From Candidatus Latescibacterota bacterium (GTDB lineage: Bacteria > Latescibacterota > UBA2968 > UBA8231), in the NCBI GenBank assembly GCA_965261395.1, contig OZ253462.1, positions 4,160,001-4,224,000 of the forward strand: a stretch of 64,000 bases of DNA, read 5' to 3'. The notes under the pieces are model-generated. The model saw only the letters and a list, made by a program, of their open reading frames with translations. It ran no database searches and was not told where the DNA came from. Within the stretch, counting starts at the first letter, position 1, and every line of letters starts with the position of its first letter. The position numbers and the translations under genes are program-made. Shown here piece after piece: positions 9,774 through 21,513 of the stretch.

Positions 9774-10403
9774 TTGGGTAGTTCAATACACTTAGAAAGC
9801 ACGGTGGTGAGCGAACTAGCTCAACGCATAGGGGACGCCCGCAAGCTCTACGGCAATGATAGCCCTTACGTCATAGGTATGATGACGGCGGTCGAATGGA
9901 TAACCCAAGGTGCAGAGGGTGGCCAAGGTCTCAAACAAGACCTGCTCGCCCGTGTTCTGGAGAGCGAGGGAAAGAAACAGCCGTCTCGTCCGCTCCCCAG
10001 CACTGTGGAGAGCAGTCCCCCAACGGACGAGCGCCGCGCCCTAGAGGAAAACACCTGGACTCGAGGCATAGTCAAGTGGTTTAACAACGATAAGGGATAT
10101 GGTTTTATTTCTACAGACAGCCATGTCGATGTCTTCGTTCACTGGCGCGATATTTCATCTTGGGACCGCAGTTTGACCCAAGATGACGAAGTTGAGTTCA
10201 TGGTGACCCGTACCGCCAAGGGGTTCCAAGCCATCAACGTGATGAAGGCCGGCCAAGACAAGGCCGAAGAGGAGACGGCGGAGGCCGCCCCGACCGAGGC
10301 ACTCGACGAAACCGAGGAGGCTGAGAACGTCGCAGTCGACGGCGACCCTTCTGAGAGCGAAGGAAGTGCCCCGGAGCCCCAAGACGGCGAGGACGGGTCG
10401 TAA
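9774..10403 (+). CDS. Cold-shock domain protein with N-terminal extension and acidic tail
   Basis: GIVKWFNNDKGYGFI (RNP1), DVFVHW (RNP2); AGGAGG-like SD; TTGACA at 9677 upstream. Confidence 0.85.
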   Translation: MGSSIHLESTVVSELAQRIGDARKLYGNDSPYVIGMMTAVEWITQGAEGGQGLKQDLLARVLESEGKKQPSRPLPSTVESSPPTDERRALEENTWTRGIVKWFNNDKGYGFISTDSHVDVFVHWRDISSWDRSLTQDDEVEFMVTRTAKGFQAINVMKAGQDKAEEETAEAAPTEALDETEEAENVAVDGDPSESEGSAPEPQDGEDGS

Positions 10404-10409
10404 GGGAAG

Positions 10410-11636
10410 ATGAGTAAAAAAACGCCCGATATAGCCTGTTCGTTCTGTGGCAAGGGGGGCGACCAAGTCGAGAAGGTCATTCAGGGGCCTTCGGTGTATA
10501 TATGCAGTGAATGCATCGGCTTGTGCAACGAGAGGCTGGCAGAGGACGATAAGCACGAGCCTAATCTCAACGGCCGTCCTTTGCCTAAACCGGCCGAAAT
10601 CAAGGCCCATCTCGACGAGCATATTATCGGCCAAGCACGAGCCAAAAAGGCACTTTCGGTCGCCGTGTACAATCACTACAAGCGGGTACATTCCGGCGTT
10701 GCAGATGTCCAGCTCAGTAAGAGCAATATCCTACTCATAGGCCCCACCGGAGTGGGCAAGACGCTTTTGGCGGAGACGCTAGCGCGCATATTACAAGTGC
10801 CCTTTGCCATCGTCGATGCCACCGTCCTCACCGAGGCCGGATACGTGGGCGAGGACGTGGAAAATATCCTCGTGCGGCTCCTCCAAGCCGCGGATTACGA
10901 TGTCAAACAAGCCGAGCGCGGAATCTTGTTTATCGACGAGTTGGACAAAGTCGCCCGCAAATCCGGCAATCCCTCCATAACCCGCGACGTTTCAGGCGAA
11001 GGAGTCCAACAGGAGCTTCTCAAGATCTTAGAGGGGACAGTGTCGGGGGTGCCACCGAAGGGGGGACGTAAGCATCCAGAACAGCCCTTGGTACAGATAA
11101 ACACTAAAAATATTCTCTTTATTTGCGGAGGGGCTTTCGATGGGCTGGACAAAATTATCAGCCAGCGCATCGGAACCCAGTCCATGGGCTTCGGCAGTTC
11201 CCTCGACGACCGAGAGGAAGTGGACGGGGCCAATCTATTGGCGCGGGTCGAACCCGAAGAATTGATCCAGTACGGCCTGATTCCCGAGTTGATTGGCCGC
11301 TTGCCGGTGGTGGGTATCTTGCACCCCTTCAGCGATCAGGCGCTAATGGACATCCTGCTTAAACCGCGGAACGCACTCGTCAAACAGTACCAGAAGCTGT
11401 TTGAAATAGACGGCATTGCCCTGCGGTTTGAAGAGGAGGCCTTGAAAAAGGTCGTCGAATTGACCCAAGAAAAGGAAATGGGCGCGCGCGGTCTGCGGGC
11501 GGTCTTAGAGACCGTCATGTTTGAAATCATGTTTGACCTCCCGGCCCAAGACGACATCGCCGAATGCGTCATTACCAAGGAGTTCATCGAAAACAAGGCC
11601 CCGCCGACTTTCGTGTATAACAAGAAGCGGGCTTGA
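10410..11636 (+). CDS. clpX: ATP-dependent Clp protease ATPase ClpX
   Basis: CSFCGK zinc domain, [34 protein letters not shown]. Confidence 0.98.
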   Translation: MSKKTPDIACSFCGKGGDQVEKVIQGPSVYICSECIGLCNERLAEDDKHEPNLNGRPLPKPAEIKAHLDEHIIGQARAKKALSVAVYNHYKRVHSGVADVQLSKSNILLIGPTGVGKTLLAETLARILQVPFAIVDATVLTEAGYVGEDVENILVRLLQAADYDVKQAERGILFIDELDKVARKSGNPSITRDVSGEGVQQELLKILEGTVSGVPPKGGRKHPEQPLVQINTKNILFICGGAFDGLDKIISQRIGTQSMGFGSSLDDREEVDGANLLARVEPEELIQYGLIPELIGRLPVVGILHPFSDQALMDILLKPRNALVKQYQKLFEIDGIALRFEEEALKKVVELTQEKEMGARGLRAVLETVMFEIMFDLPAQDDIAECVITKEFIENKAPPTFVYNKKRA

Positions 11637-11669
11637 TCCCCAAGCCGGGCGTTGAGCTTTACACCGTGT

Positions 11670-11711
11670 CCCTTCTCTACCAGCGCGTTCGCTGGCGGAG
11701 AAGGGTTTTTT
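11670..11711 (+). terminator. Rho-independent terminator after clpX
   Basis: CCCTTCTC..CCAGCG/CGCTGG..GAGAAGGG stem plus TTTTTT. Confidence 0.75.
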
Positions 11712-11725
11712 ATGAGAAAAGCGCA

Positions 11726-13009
11726 ATGTATTCTAGGCATTATCCATCGCGGGTGCTGTGGCGGCATCAGCCTGCGGCCACAGCGGTAGCCACGGTCGGG
11801 GAAGTGGCCGTGCGGGGGCGGCTCCTCCACTTCGCCGAAGGGCGGGGGAGGATCATGGACGAGAGCGGAGAGGTTGATTTCGTCGTGAAGACGCAGGCAG
11901 AAAGAATAAAAGCTGGAGATATAGTCGAGCTATATGGGGTTGCTGCAGAAGGAGTTATAGACGTTAGTCAAGTCCATTTATTAGTCCCTAGCGACGCGGC
12001 ATGGCATCGGGGGGATTGGGCACGGTTCCACTCCAATGAGTTACAGGCGAATATGCGAGTGCGAGCCGCAGTGTTAGACGCCATACGCGGTTTTTTTAAG
12101 GACGCGAACTTCCTCGCTGTGGAGACGCCCACTTTGGCTCGTGCCTCGGCGCAAGAGGAGCACATCCAGCTATTCGCCACAGAGTACCAGGGTGATAAAG
12201 CGCAAGAGCAATTTTATCTGGCCCCCTCTCCCGAGCTGTACATGAAGCGGTTGCTAGGGGCGGGCTTTGAGCGGATTTACCAGATTAGTCGCTCGTACCG
12301 CAATGGGGAGATGGGGCCGCAACACAATCCCGAGTTTACCCTAATCGAATGGTATCGGGCGTACGCCAGTTACGAGGAAATCATGGCCGATGTCGAGAAT
12401 TTGGTGGCCCATGTGGCGGAAAACGTCTTGGGACGGTCGAGCGTGGTTCGGGCAGGACGCGAGATCGCCTTGCAGCCGCCGTGGAAGCGGTTCAGCGTCC
12501 GCGATGCCTTTGCGCGCTGGGCGGCCGTCGATTTGGAGGCCTGTACAGACGCGGGATCGCTTTTTCGTCGCGCATGTGCCTTGGGCTATGGCAGCGCTAG
12601 ACGAGGGGATAGGTGGGAGGTCCTATATCACAAAATTATGCTGGAAAAAGTCGAGCCAGAATTGGCTAGACTAGGGGCGGTCCACCTTTTCGATTATCCT
12701 CGGCAGTTGGCCGCATTGGCCAAACTAAAAGAAGACAATCCGGCTGTAGCCGAGAGGACGGAAGCGTATTTGGGAGGGGTGGAGCTATCAAATGGCTATA
12801 CAGAGTTAAACGACCCAGTCCAACAGCGAGAGCGTTTTGCGCGGGGCTCGCGGTCGGGGCGCGCACCGGCCGACGAGGCGTTTCTCGCGGCTATGGAGCG
12901 GGGCATTCCGCCGGCTGGTGGTGTGGCCTTGGGGTTGGATCGGTTGGTCATGGTCGTTGCCGGCGCGTCTTGCTTAGACGAGGTGATCGCCTTTCCGCTG
13001 GGTCATTAG
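11726..13009 (+). CDS. epmA: EF-P lysine aminoacylase EpmA/GenX with N-terminal OB-fold
   Basis: [32 protein letters not shown]...[29 protein letters not shown]; ATG 11726 inferred. Confidence 0.85.
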   Translation: MYSRHYPSRVLWRHQPAATAVATVGEVAVRGRLLHFAEGRGRIMDESGEVDFVVKTQAERIKAGDIVELYGVAAEGVIDVSQVHLLVPSDAAWHRGDWARFHSNELQANMRVRAAVLDAIRGFFKDANFLAVETPTLARASAQEEHIQLFATEYQGDKAQEQFYLAPSPELYMKRLLGAGFERIYQISRSYRNGEMGPQHNPEFTLIEWYRAYASYEEIMADVENLVAHVAENVLGRSSVVRAGREIALQPPWKRFSVRDAFARWAAVDLEACTDAGSLFRRACALGYGSARRGDRWEVLYHKIMLEKVEPELARLGAVHLFDYPRQLAALAKLKEDNPAVAERTEAYLGGVELSNGYTELNDPVQQRERFARGSRSGRAPADEAFLAAMERGIPPAGGVALGLDRLVMVVAGASCLDEVIAFPLGH

Positions 13010-13611
13010 TCGGCGAGGGCTGCCAGCTCTTTTTCGGACGCCAGCAGGCCGTCGATTAGGCCGAAGTCGATCGCCTCTGCCGGCGAAAGAAAGTAATCGC
13101 GCTCGGTTACTAGCTCGATGCGCTCGAGCGGCTGTCCGGTATCCTGGACTAAGATCTGGTTGAGCCGGTCGCGCCACTCGACGATTTCGCGGGCGTGGAT
13201 TTCGATGTCGGCCGCTTGGCCGCGGACGCCTCCCCAAGGCTGGTGCAGCATGAGCCGAGAATGAGCAAGGGCGTGGCGCTTGCCCTTAGTTCCTCCGGCG
13301 AGGAGGATAGCGCTCATGCTGTACGCTTGGCCGATGCAGAGTGTCGCTACGTCGCAGGGGACGTACTTCATGGTGTCGTAGATAGCTAAGCCGGCCGTGA
13401 GGCTGCCGCCGGGGCTATTGATGTAGAGCGAGATGTCTTTCTTGGGATCTTCTGAGGTCAGAAAGAGCAGTTGAGCGATGACGAGGTTGGCTTCGTGGTC
13501 GTCGATCGGGGTACTGATGAAGATGATCCGCTCCTTGAGGAGGCGGGAAAAAATGTCGTAGGCGCGCTCGCCGCGGCCGGTCTGTTCGATTACTACGGGT
13601 ACGATTGCCAT
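13006..13611 (-). CDS. clpP: Clp protease proteolytic subunit
   Basis: [23 protein letters not shown], catalytic S (AYSM), HQP, RDYFL. Confidence 0.96.
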   Translation of the reverse strand: MAIVPVVIEQTGRGERAYDIFSRLLKERIIFISTPIDDHEANLVIAQLLFLTSEDPKKDISLYINSPGGSLTAGLAIYDTMKYVPCDVATLCIGQAYSMSAILLAGGTKGKRHALAHSRLMLHQPWGGVRGQAADIEIHAREIVEWRDRLNQILVQDTGQPLERIELVTERDYFLSPAEAIDFGLIDGLLASEKELAALAD

Positions 13612-13655
13612 GTGCTATTCTGTCGTGAGAAGAGAACCGATTAACTGGTTAATGG

Positions 13656-13684
13656 ACTATAGGCGATGCCCAATATAGTGTCAA
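13656..13684 (-). promoter_or_regulatory. sigma70 promoter of clpP
   Basis: Minus strand TTGACA-17 bp-TATAGT. Confidence 0.75.
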
Positions 13685-13703
13685 TGGGCACTGCTCAGAT
13701 CGG

Positions 13704-13732
13704 TTGACCGCGCTAGGGCGGCGCGGTACATT
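13704..13732 (+). promoter_or_regulatory. sigma70 promoter of coaE-gcv operon
   Basis: TTGACC-17 bp-TACATT, back-to-back with the clpP promoter. Confidence 0.65.
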
Positions 13733-13819
13733 TTATCCCGTTCGCAGCACGTTGTTGCCTACCGAAAGTCAATACCTTAACTCACTGCAAGGCATAGTGG
13801 TACGATTTTTTGAGTTCTG

Positions 13820-14470
13820 TTGCTTGGCCCTAGCTGGTCGCGGGTGCACGTGCGCGTAGGGATTACGGGCGGCATGGGTGCGGGCAAGTCCGCACTGGCG
13901 CAGATGCTGGCCGAACTCGGTGCGCTGCGGGTCGATGCCGACGAAGTAGCCCGCGAGGTGGCGAAAATCCCAGCGGTGATCGAGAATCTGCAAGTGGCCT
14001 TCGGCCGCGATTTGCTTGGCCCAGACGGGTGCTTGAACCGCCAGGAGTTGGGGCGTCGCGCCCTGCGGTCGGACGAGGCGAGCCAGCGATTAGAGGCGAT
14101 TATGCGGCCGCCACTATCAGCGGCCATAGAGCGTCGGCTGGCGCAGGCCGTGGAGGAAGCTGGTGGTGGAGTCGTGGTATTTGACGCTCCGCTGATATAC
14201 GAGTGGGGAAACGAGGGGAACTTCGACCGGATGGTGGTGGTCGATGCTGAGGAGGAACGGTGCGTGTCGCGGGTGCAGCAGCGCAGCGGCTTGCCAGTGT
14301 GCGAGATTAGGCAGCGGATGGCCCGCCAGATGGATACACAAGAAAAAAAGGCCCGCGCCGACTTTGTCATTGACAACAACAAGGGCTTGGCCTCACTCGC
14401 CGCGCAGGCGGAAGCACTGTGGGCCGAGTTGGTCGGTGCCGCGCAGGAAAGAGGCAGCCATGACAGATGA
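13820..14470 (+). CDS. coaE: Dephospho-CoA kinase (true start may be a GTG a few codons downstream)
   Basis: GITGGMGAGKS, DAD.VAR, LNRQELG, DAPLIYE, ADFVIDN. Confidence 0.93.
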   Translation: MLGPSWSRVHVRVGITGGMGAGKSALAQMLAELGALRVDADEVAREVAKIPAVIENLQVAFGRDLLGPDGCLNRQELGRRALRSDEASQRLEAIMRPPLSAAIERRLAQAVEEAGGGVVVFDAPLIYEWGNEGNFDRMVVVDAEEERCVSRVQQRSGLPVCEIRQRMARQMDTQEKKARADFVIDNNKGLASLAAQAEALWAELVGAAQERGSHDR

Positions 14471-15569
14471 GGGTTTGCGGCGGACGCCGCTCTATGAGGT
14501 CGCCGTCGCCGAAGGTGGGCGCATGGCATCCTTTGGCGGGTGGGAAATGCCGGTCCAGTTCGAGGGCATCCGCAGCGAGCACTGGGCAGTGCGCCGAGAG
14601 GCTGGGCTGTTCGACATCTCACATATGGGTCGGATCGCCATTTCCGGGGAGCGCGGGTTGGCCTTCCTCGACAGCCTCTTGCCGGCACGGGTACGCGAAT
14701 TGACCATCGACCAGATGCTCTACGCACCACTGTGCAATGAGCGGGGGGGATGCGTGGACGATCTAGTGGTGTACCGGCTCGCACAGCAGGAGTATCTTTT
14801 GGTGGTCAACGCGAGCCGGAAAGCCGTTGACTGGCAGTGGATTACCGCGCGCGCCGCGGGTTGGTCGAATGTACAAATCGAGGACTTGAGCGATGAACAG
14901 GGCATGGTAGCGGTGCAGGGGCCACAGGCCGCCGCCCTAGTCGAAGCACTCGCTGGACCGGCTAGTGCGGCGCTGGGGTACTATCGCTGCGCGGTGATGG
15001 AGATCGCCGGGATACGAGCGTTGATCAGCCGCAATGGTTACACCGGAGAAGACGGGTTTGAGATCATGTGCCTGGCCAACCAAGTCGCCGAACTGTGGGC
15101 GCGGCTCCGCTCGTCCGGTGCCCAGCCTTGTGGGCTAGGCGCGCGCGACACCTTGCGAGTCGAGATGGGGTTTTGCCTCTATGGCCACGAATTGAACGAG
15201 CAGACGACCCCCTTAGAAGCGGGTTTGGCCTGGACCTTGGACTTAAAAAAAGAGGCGAATTTTGTCGGGGCTGAAGCGCTGCGGGCGCAGCGCACGGCCG
15301 GAGGCTATCGCCGCCTGCGCGGCTTCCGCCTGCTGGAAAGGGGGATTCCCCGGCCGGATTATCCGGTTTTCGACCAGCGCGATGAGCAGGTGGGTACCGT
15401 GACCAGTGGGACGCACTCTCCGGTACTCGGCGAAGGGATCGGACTGGCCTATTTGCAGAGCAGTGCGCAAAAAATAGGCACCCAGGTGTACATCGACATG
15501 AAGGGCAAGCGGCAACCCGCCGTGGTGGTCAAGCTGCCCTTTGTACCTTCAGCCCTTAAAAAGGACTGA
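14460..15569 (+). CDS. gcvT: Glycine cleavage T protein
   Basis: [42 protein letters not shown]. Confidence 0.96.
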   Translation: MTDEGLRRTPLYEVAVAEGGRMASFGGWEMPVQFEGIRSEHWAVRREAGLFDISHMGRIAISGERGLAFLDSLLPARVRELTIDQMLYAPLCNERGGCVDDLVVYRLAQQEYLLVVNASRKAVDWQWITARAAGWSNVQIEDLSDEQGMVAVQGPQAAALVEALAGPASAALGYYRCAVMEIAGIRALISRNGYTGEDGFEIMCLANQVAELWARLRSSGAQPCGLGARDTLRVEMGFCLYGHELNEQTTPLEAGLAWTLDLKKEANFVGAEALRAQRTAGGYRRLRGFRLLERGIPRPDYPVFDQRDEQVGTVTSGTHSPVLGEGIGLAYLQSSAQKIGTQVYIDMKGKRQPAVVVKLPFVPSALKKD

Positions 15570-15616
15570 ACTGCAACATCTTAACCGCTGCCTGCAGGCA
15601 GTGCAACGGAGGTCGC

Positions 15617-18469
15617 ATGGGCGACGAATTTGGACCTAGCGATGTTTTTGTCCGCCGGCACATCGGCCCTACGGCCGCAGACCTAGCCGCCATGCTCGCG
15701 GCCGTGGGTGCCGACAGCTTGGACGACCTCATGGCTGAGGCCCTGCCGGCGGCGATTCGGATGCAAGGTCCCTTGGCGCTAGGCGAAGGCATCAGCGAGT
15801 ACGAGCTGATAGGGCGGTTGCGCGAATTAGCCAGCCAGAATCGCATACACCGCAGTTTTATCGGCATGGGCTACTCAGACTGCATAACCCCTCCGGTGAT
15901 CCAGCGCAGCATCTTGGAGAATCCAGGCTGGTACACCCAGTACACGCCCTACCAGTCCGAAATCGCTCAAGGGCGACTAGAGGCCCTGCTCAACTTTCAG
16001 ACCATGGTCGGCGACCTGACGGGTTTTGCCTTGGCCAATGCCTCCTTGTTGGACGAAGCTACGGCCGCGGCCGAAGCCATTGCCATGTTGCGGGCGGTAC
16101 AAAAGAAAAACGCGAGCCAGCGCGTCTTTGTCTCATCGGCTTGCCACCCGCAAACCATAGCGGTGGTCAAGGTCAGGGCCGAGTCGCGGGGGTGGGAGGT
16201 TGTAGTAGGGGATCATCGAGAGTACGACTTTGCGACCGAGGCCTTCGCCGCCTTGCTCCAGTACCCGGCCTCAGACGGCGCTCTATACGACTACGCCGAC
16301 TTCTGCGCTCAGGCTCACGCCCATCAAACCTTAGTATGTGTGGCGGTCGATTTGCTCGCTCTGTGTTTGCTGCGACCCCCGGGGGAGTTTGGGGCCGATG
16401 CGGCTATCGGGAGTGCGCAGCGCTTTGGTATGCCGATGGGGTACGGTGGCCCGCACGCGGCCTTTTTGGCGACGCGCCCCGAGTTCCAGCGGCAGGTACC
16501 TGGGCGCATTATCGGCGTCTCTGAGGACGGCCGCGGCCAGCCCGCCCTGCGCATGGCACTGCAAACCCGCGAACAGCACATCAAACGAGAACGGGCTACG
16601 AGCAACATCTGTACGGCCGAAGTCTTGCCGGCCGTGGTGGCGAGCATGTACGCGGTCTATCACGGGCCGGACGGGTTGCGGCGCATAGCCCTCCGCATAC
16701 ACCGCCAAGCGCGGGCGCTCGCCCGCGGGCTGGCGGAAGCCGGCTACCGAGTCGTCCACGATCAGTACTTCGACGCACTGCGCGTTGAGGTGGGGGCGCG
16801 TGGAGACGAGCTATTGGCTCAGGCGCGGGCTGAGGGGATGAACTTCCGCGATCTGGGGGATGGGCACTGGGGTATTGCTCTCGACGAAACGACCCACAAG
16901 GCCGATTTGCAAGCCATTCTCGCCTTGCTGGGCGGTAAGCTCCCCGCCCAAGTCGATGCAGAGCCTGCTTGGGCACCTGTCCACGGCCGCCACTCGCACT
17001 TCATGGAGCATCCAGTCTTTGCGGCGCATCACTCCGAAACCGAAATGATGCGCTACATGCGCCGGCTCGAAGCCAAGGATATGTCCTTGGTCCACGCGAT
17101 GATTCCCCTCGGCTCGTGTACCATGAAGCTCAATGCGACCGCGGAAATGATGGCGATTACTTGGCCCGAATTCGCTGCGTTGCATCCATTTGCACCCGTA
17201 GAGCAAGCCCAGGGCTACGCGGCGATTTTCGCTGAAATGGAGGACATGCTGCGCGAAATCACCGGCCTCAAGGGCATTTCGCTGCAACCCAACGCGGGTT
17301 CGCAGGGCGAATACGCCGGCCTACTCATCGTGCGCAAATACCACCGGACGCGCGGAGAGGCCCAGCGAAACGTCTGCCTCATTCCGGCTTCGGCCCATGG
17401 GACGAACCCCGCTAGCGCGGCTATGGCCGGGTTGGCCGTGGTGGTCGTCGCCTGCGACGCCGAGGGCAATATAGACTTGGCGGACCTGCGGGCGAAGGCC
17501 GCCGCACACTGCGAGCGGCTGGCGGCCCTGATGGTGACCTATCCATCAACCCACGGGGTGTTTGAAGAGGCCATTGGCGAAATCTGCGCGGTCGTCCACC
17601 AAGCGGGAGGTCAGGTCTATATGGACGGCGCCAATATGAATGCCTTGGTGGGATTGTGCCGGCCCGGGGAAATCGGCATTGACGTGTGCCATTTGAATTT
17701 GCACAAGACCTTTTGCATCCCCCACGGCGGCGGCGGTCCGGGGATGGGGCCTATTGCCGTGGCCGAGCACTTGGTGGAGTTCCTGCCGGCGCACCCCCTC
17801 GTCCATACCGGTGGAGCCGAGTCCATTGGCCCCATTGCGGCTGCTCCGTGGGGCAGTGCCTCGATTCTGCTCATATCTTGGGCGTACTTGCGGCTGATGG
17901 GCGGCTCGGGCCTCGCCGAGGCGACTCAGGTGGCGATCCTAAATGCCAATTATCTGAGCAGCCGTCTCGTAGATTCTTTCCCTGTGTTATATAAGGGGCG
18001 CAACGGGCGCGTGGCCCACGAGTGCATTCTCGACCTGCGCTGGGCGCGAGAGTACGGCATTGGCGTAGAAGACGTGGCTAAGCGGTTGATGGACTATGGA
18101 TTCCACGCCCCTACGGTATCCTTCCCAGTCGTCGGGACCCTGATGGTCGAACCTACCGAGAGCGAGTCCAAGGCCGAATTGGATCGGTTTTGCGAGGCCA
18201 TGATCGCCATTGGCGGTGAAATCCGGCAAGTAGCTGACGGGGAGATGGACCGCGCCAATAACCCGCTCGTCCACGCGCCGCACCCCTTGGATGTCGTGCT
18301 GGCCGCCGAGTGGGATCGGCCCTATTCTAGAACCGTTGCCGCCCTGCCGGCCCCTTGGCTGCTGGAGCGCAAGTTCTGGCCGGCTGTAGGGAGATTGAAC
18401 GACGCGCAGGGCGATCGCAACCTGATCTGTTCCTGTCCACCTGTAGAAACGTACTTACAAAAGGAATGA
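15617..18469 (+). CDS. gcvP: Glycine dehydrogenase P protein (single chain)
   Basis: [52 protein letters not shown]. Confidence 0.98.
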   Translation: MGDEFGPSDVFVRRHIGPTAADLAAMLAAVGADSLDDLMAEALPAAIRMQGPLALGEGISEYELIGRLRELASQNRIHRSFIGMGYSDCITPPVIQRSILENPGWYTQYTPYQSEIAQGRLEALLNFQTMVGDLTGFALANASLLDEATAAAEAIAMLRAVQKKNASQRVFVSSACHPQTIAVVKVRAESRGWEVVVGDHREYDFATEAFAALLQYPASDGALYDYADFCAQAHAHQTLVCVAVDLLALCLLRPPGEFGADAAIGSAQRFGMPMGYGGPHAAFLATRPEFQRQVPGRIIGVSEDGRGQPALRMALQTREQHIKRERATSNICTAEVLPAVVASMYAVYHGPDGLRRIALRIHRQARALARGLAEAGYRVVHDQYFDALRVEVGARGDELLAQARAEGMNFRDLGDGHWGIALDETTHKADLQAILALLGGKLPAQVDAEPAWAPVHGRHSHFMEHPVFAAHHSETEMMRYMRRLEAKDMSLVHAMIPLGSCTMKLNATAEMMAITWPEFAALHPFAPVEQAQGYAAIFAEMEDMLREITGLKGISLQPNAGSQGEYAGLLIVRKYHRTRGEAQRNVCLIPASAHGTNPASAAMAGLAVVVVACDAEGNIDLADLRAKAAAHCERLAALMVTYPSTHGVFEEAIGEICAVVHQAGGQVYMDGANMNALVGLCRPGEIGIDVCHLNLHKTFCIPHGGGGPGMGPIAVAEHLVEFLPAHPLVHTGGAESIGPIAAAPWGSASILLISWAYLRLMGGSGLAEATQVAILNANYLSSRLVDSFPVLYKGRNGRVAHECILDLRWAREYGIGVEDVAKRLMDYGFHAPTVSFPVVGTLMVEPTESESKAELDRFCEAMIAIGGEIRQVADGEMDRANNPLVHAPHPLDVVLAAEWDRPYSRTVAALPAPWLLERKFWPAVGRLNDAQGDRNLICSCPPVETYLQKE

Positions 18470-18470
18470 G

Positions 18471-19481
18471 ATGAGTCAGAAACGCGCCTTAATCACCGGC
18501 ATTACCGGCCAGGACGGTTCGTACTTGGCCGAATTGCTGTTGGAAAAGGGCTATGAGGTCTTTGGGCTGGTGCGCCGCAGTAGCACGGTCAATTTCGAGC
18601 GGATCGGCCATTTGCAGGACCAAATTGAGCTGATCTCTGGCGATCTGTTGGACCAGAAGTCGCTGGTTTCGGCGCTGCAGGCCGCGCGACCGCAGGAAGT
18701 GTACAATCTGGGTGCCCAGTCCTTTATCCCGGTCTCTTGGGAGCAGCCCATGTTGACCGGCGAGATCACCGGCTTGGGCGTGACGCGGCTGCTCGAAGCC
18801 ATCCGCACCTGCGACGAGAACATTCGCTTTTACCAAGCCAGTACCAGTGAGCTGTTCGGCAAGGCACAGGAAACGCCGCAGAACGAGCAAACGGCTTTCT
18901 ATCCGCGTTCGCCCTACGGGGTGTCCAAGCTCTACGCGCATTGGATCACCATCAACTATCGCGAAAGCTACGGTCTGTTTGCCTGCACGGGCATTCTCTT
19001 CAATCACGAGTCGCCGCGCCGCGGGCGCGAATTCGTCACCCGTAAAATCACGCATGGCGTGGCCCGCATCAAATGCGGGTTGGACCAAGAGCTGCGCCTT
19101 GGAGACCTAGCTCCTCGCCGCGATTGGGGCTATGCGGGCGACTTTGTCCGCGCGATGTGGATGATGCTCCAACAGGACGAACCCGACGATTACGTCATTG
19201 CCACGGGCACTACCCGCACCATTGGTGAATTCTGCGAGGTTGCCTTTGCCCACGCCGGCTTGGACTGGCGGCAATACGTGGTCCTGGATGAGCGTTTTTT
19301 GCGCCCCGCAGAGGTGTATACCCTGTTGGGCGATGCGACCAAGGCACGGGAAAAACTCGGTTGGGAACCTGAGGTCGGCTTTGAGGAGATGGTACGGCAG
19401 ATGGTTGACTGTGACTTAGAGCAGGTGGCCCATCAGTCGGCCCCAGGACTGAGGCCGGACTGCCCGCCACTGCGGCGATAG
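18471..19481 (+). CDS. gmd: GDP-mannose 4,6-dehydratase
   Basis: [46 protein letters not shown]. Confidence 0.96.
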   Translation: MSQKRALITGITGQDGSYLAELLLEKGYEVFGLVRRSSTVNFERIGHLQDQIELISGDLLDQKSLVSALQAARPQEVYNLGAQSFIPVSWEQPMLTGEITGLGVTRLLEAIRTCDENIRFYQASTSELFGKAQETPQNEQTAFYPRSPYGVSKLYAHWITINYRESYGLFACTGILFNHESPRRGREFVTRKITHGVARIKCGLDQELRLGDLAPRRDWGYAGDFVRAMWMMLQQDEPDDYVIATGTTRTIGEFCEVAFAHAGLDWRQYVVLDERFLRPAEVYTLLGDATKAREKLGWEPEVGFEEMVRQMVDCDLEQVAHQSAPGLRPDCPPLRR

Positions 19482-20197
19482 CGGCGGCTGAACTTGCGGA
19501 TCTGGCCGCATATCGTCTGAATCGCCCGCACATCGCGGACTTCCAAATCGACCTTGTTGAAGAAGCGGCGCAGCACTCGGCCGAAGTGATCCGGCTCGTT
19601 GTTGTACGGGGTAAACTCTATCTCGGCAAGGGCTTGCAGGATCTGGGCGTACATTTGCTCGCGCTCGCCGGCCGTAGCTAGGTGCACAGGCGGATCCGGC
19701 GGCTTTTCGCCCACGGCCGCATACAGGCCATAGGTGAGCAGGAGCACGGCGTGGGAGAGGTTGAGGGAGGGATAGGCCACGGCCGTGGGGAACCTCAGCA
19801 CTTGGTGGCAGAGCGCGAGTTCCTCATGCCACAAGCCGTCCCTTTCGCGCCCGAACACAAGGGCGATCCGCCGGTCATGCACTTGAGTGGCTAGTTGGGC
19901 AATCAGAGGCTCCGGCGCGGAAGTAACCGTGCGGAAGCGGCCCTGCCGATGGGTGGTGCCGACGACGATGTAGCAATCAGCTACGGCCGCTGCGAGGCTG
20001 GGGAAGACTTGGCTGCCGTCGAGGATATCGCCCGCGCCGTGGGCAAAGGTGCGCGCTTCTGGCGTATCCCACGCCCCGGGATTGACCAAAGCCAACTGGC
20101 TTATGCCCGTGGTTTTGAGCACGCGGGCCGTAGCGCCGATATTGCCGGGCGTCGCTGGCTCGACGAGCACGACGCGGATGTTGTCGAGAGGATTCAT
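19433..20197 (-). CDS. TrmJ/LasT family SPOUT RNA methyltransferase
   Basis: [35 protein letters not shown]. Confidence 0.88.
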   Translation of the reverse strand: MNPLDNIRVVLVEPATPGNIGATARVLKTTGISQLALVNPGAWDTPEARTFAHGAGDILDGSQVFPSLAAAVADCYIVVGTTHRQGRFRTVTSAPEPLIAQLATQVHDRRIALVFGRERDGLWHEELALCHQVLRFPTAVAYPSLNLSHAVLLLTYGLYAAVGEKPPDPPVHLATAGEREQMYAQILQALAEIEFTPYNNEPDHFGRVLRRFFNKVDLEVRDVRAIQTICGQIRKFSRRYRRSGGQSGLSPGAD

Positions 20198-20237
20198 GCG
20201 GCTCGCCAAACTAAACCAAGAAGGACACTGCGCGCCA

Positions 20238-21509
20238 ATGTACACCGCAGGCGAACTCACCCGGGTCCAACTCGCAGCCGGCGTTTATTTGCACTTGCAT
20301 AGCATTAAGTTGTACAAGACGATCCGGGTGGACGTATGTATGAGCACACCCCTGTGTGCGCCGCGACATTCGCTCGTGGCCCTGAGCAGCCACCTGTTGG
20401 CACGGGGTACGCACAAGCTGCCCAATATCCAGAGCCTCAACCGCTTTATCGACGATCTCTACGGAGCGCATTACTCGGTTCAAGTCGATCGCTTAGGCGA
20501 GCATCAGTTCATCCACTTGTCTCTAGAGCTCATAGACGACAACTTCCTCGGGGAGAAAGGAATATTGGTACGTGGTTTGTCTTTCCTCCGCGACGTCCTC
20601 TGCGATGGCAGTGGATTTCAGCGCGAGTATCTAGAGCGAGAAAAACACCGCCTCGCGCGGCAAATCGCCGATGGCTTCAACGACAAGCTGGGCTACGCAC
20701 AAAGGCGGTGCAGCGAAGAGATGTGCCGGGGCGAACCCATGGGCCTGTCGCCGCTGGGCAACCCCGCAGACTTTGCCGCCGTGCGGGCCGACGAGCTGTG
20801 GAATTTCCATCGCGAGCGGACGGCTACTGACCGCCTAGACCTCTTCGTAAGCGGCGATTTGCACTTGGAGCAGATTCGGCCCTTGATGGAGTCGCTCTTT
20901 GTTTGGGAGCGTGCCGCGAGCCAGCCCCAGCCCCAGCCGCCGCGCCCGCGCATTGCTGGGCCGCCGCGCGAGATTTTTGAATGCCAAGAGGTGCGAGAGG
21001 CGAAAATGGTGTTGGGTTATCGCACCCAAGTCGCTTATGGCGCGAACGGCATAGATGACTATCCGGCTTTGGTACTCCTAAACCTGATGCTCGGCGGCGA
21101 TGGCCCATCGCGGCTGTTTAAGCACCTCCGCGAAGAGGAGGGCTTGTGCTACTACATCGCATCGCATATCGAGCCATTGAGCGGGTTGCTCTTCGTGGCC
21201 GCGGGTATTGAGGCCGCCGCGTACCCCGAGGTTCGGGATAGGGTAGAACAGCAGTTCCAAGCGCTGCGCGCCGGGGCTTTTGAACCCCGGGAAATCGGAG
21301 CAGCCCAGCGCTTGCTCAGGGCGCGGCTGTTGGGGCTGGCCGAAGATCGCGAGGGCTTTTTTCGCTATCAATTGCGGGAAGGGCTGATAGGAGGCGACCA
21401 GTCTCCGGAAGCGCTGTGGCAGCGCATCGAGCAAGTCGGCGTCGAGGAACTAACTCATGTGGCCGGTGGTATCGCCGCGGACACGGCTTTTCTATTGCAC
21501 GGGACGTGA
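20238..21509 (+). CDS. M16 peptidase-like non-catalytic subunit, YmfF-like
   Basis: YKT..V, LL.RGT, DLYGA, NDK..YA..RC.EEM, LGG...SRLF..LRE..GLCYY; no HxxEH. Confidence 0.78.
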   Translation: MYTAGELTRVQLAAGVYLHLHSIKLYKTIRVDVCMSTPLCAPRHSLVALSSHLLARGTHKLPNIQSLNRFIDDLYGAHYSVQVDRLGEHQFIHLSLELIDDNFLGEKGILVRGLSFLRDVLCDGSGFQREYLEREKHRLARQIADGFNDKLGYAQRRCSEEMCRGEPMGLSPLGNPADFAAVRADELWNFHRERTATDRLDLFVSGDLHLEQIRPLMESLFVWERAASQPQPQPPRPRIAGPPREIFECQEVREAKMVLGYRTQVAYGANGIDDYPALVLLNLMLGGDGPSRLFKHLREEEGLCYYIASHIEPLSGLLFVAAGIEAAAYPEVRDRVEQQFQALRAGAFEPREIGAAQRLLRARLLGLAEDREGFFRYQLREGLIGGDQSPEALWQRIEQVGVEELTHVAGGIAADTAFLLHGT

Positions 21510-21513
21510 GAAC

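Noticed and set aside
13733-13850. Glycine riboswitch ahead of gcv genes
   Set aside because: No GGAGA/GAAG/CTCAGG aptamer pattern seen
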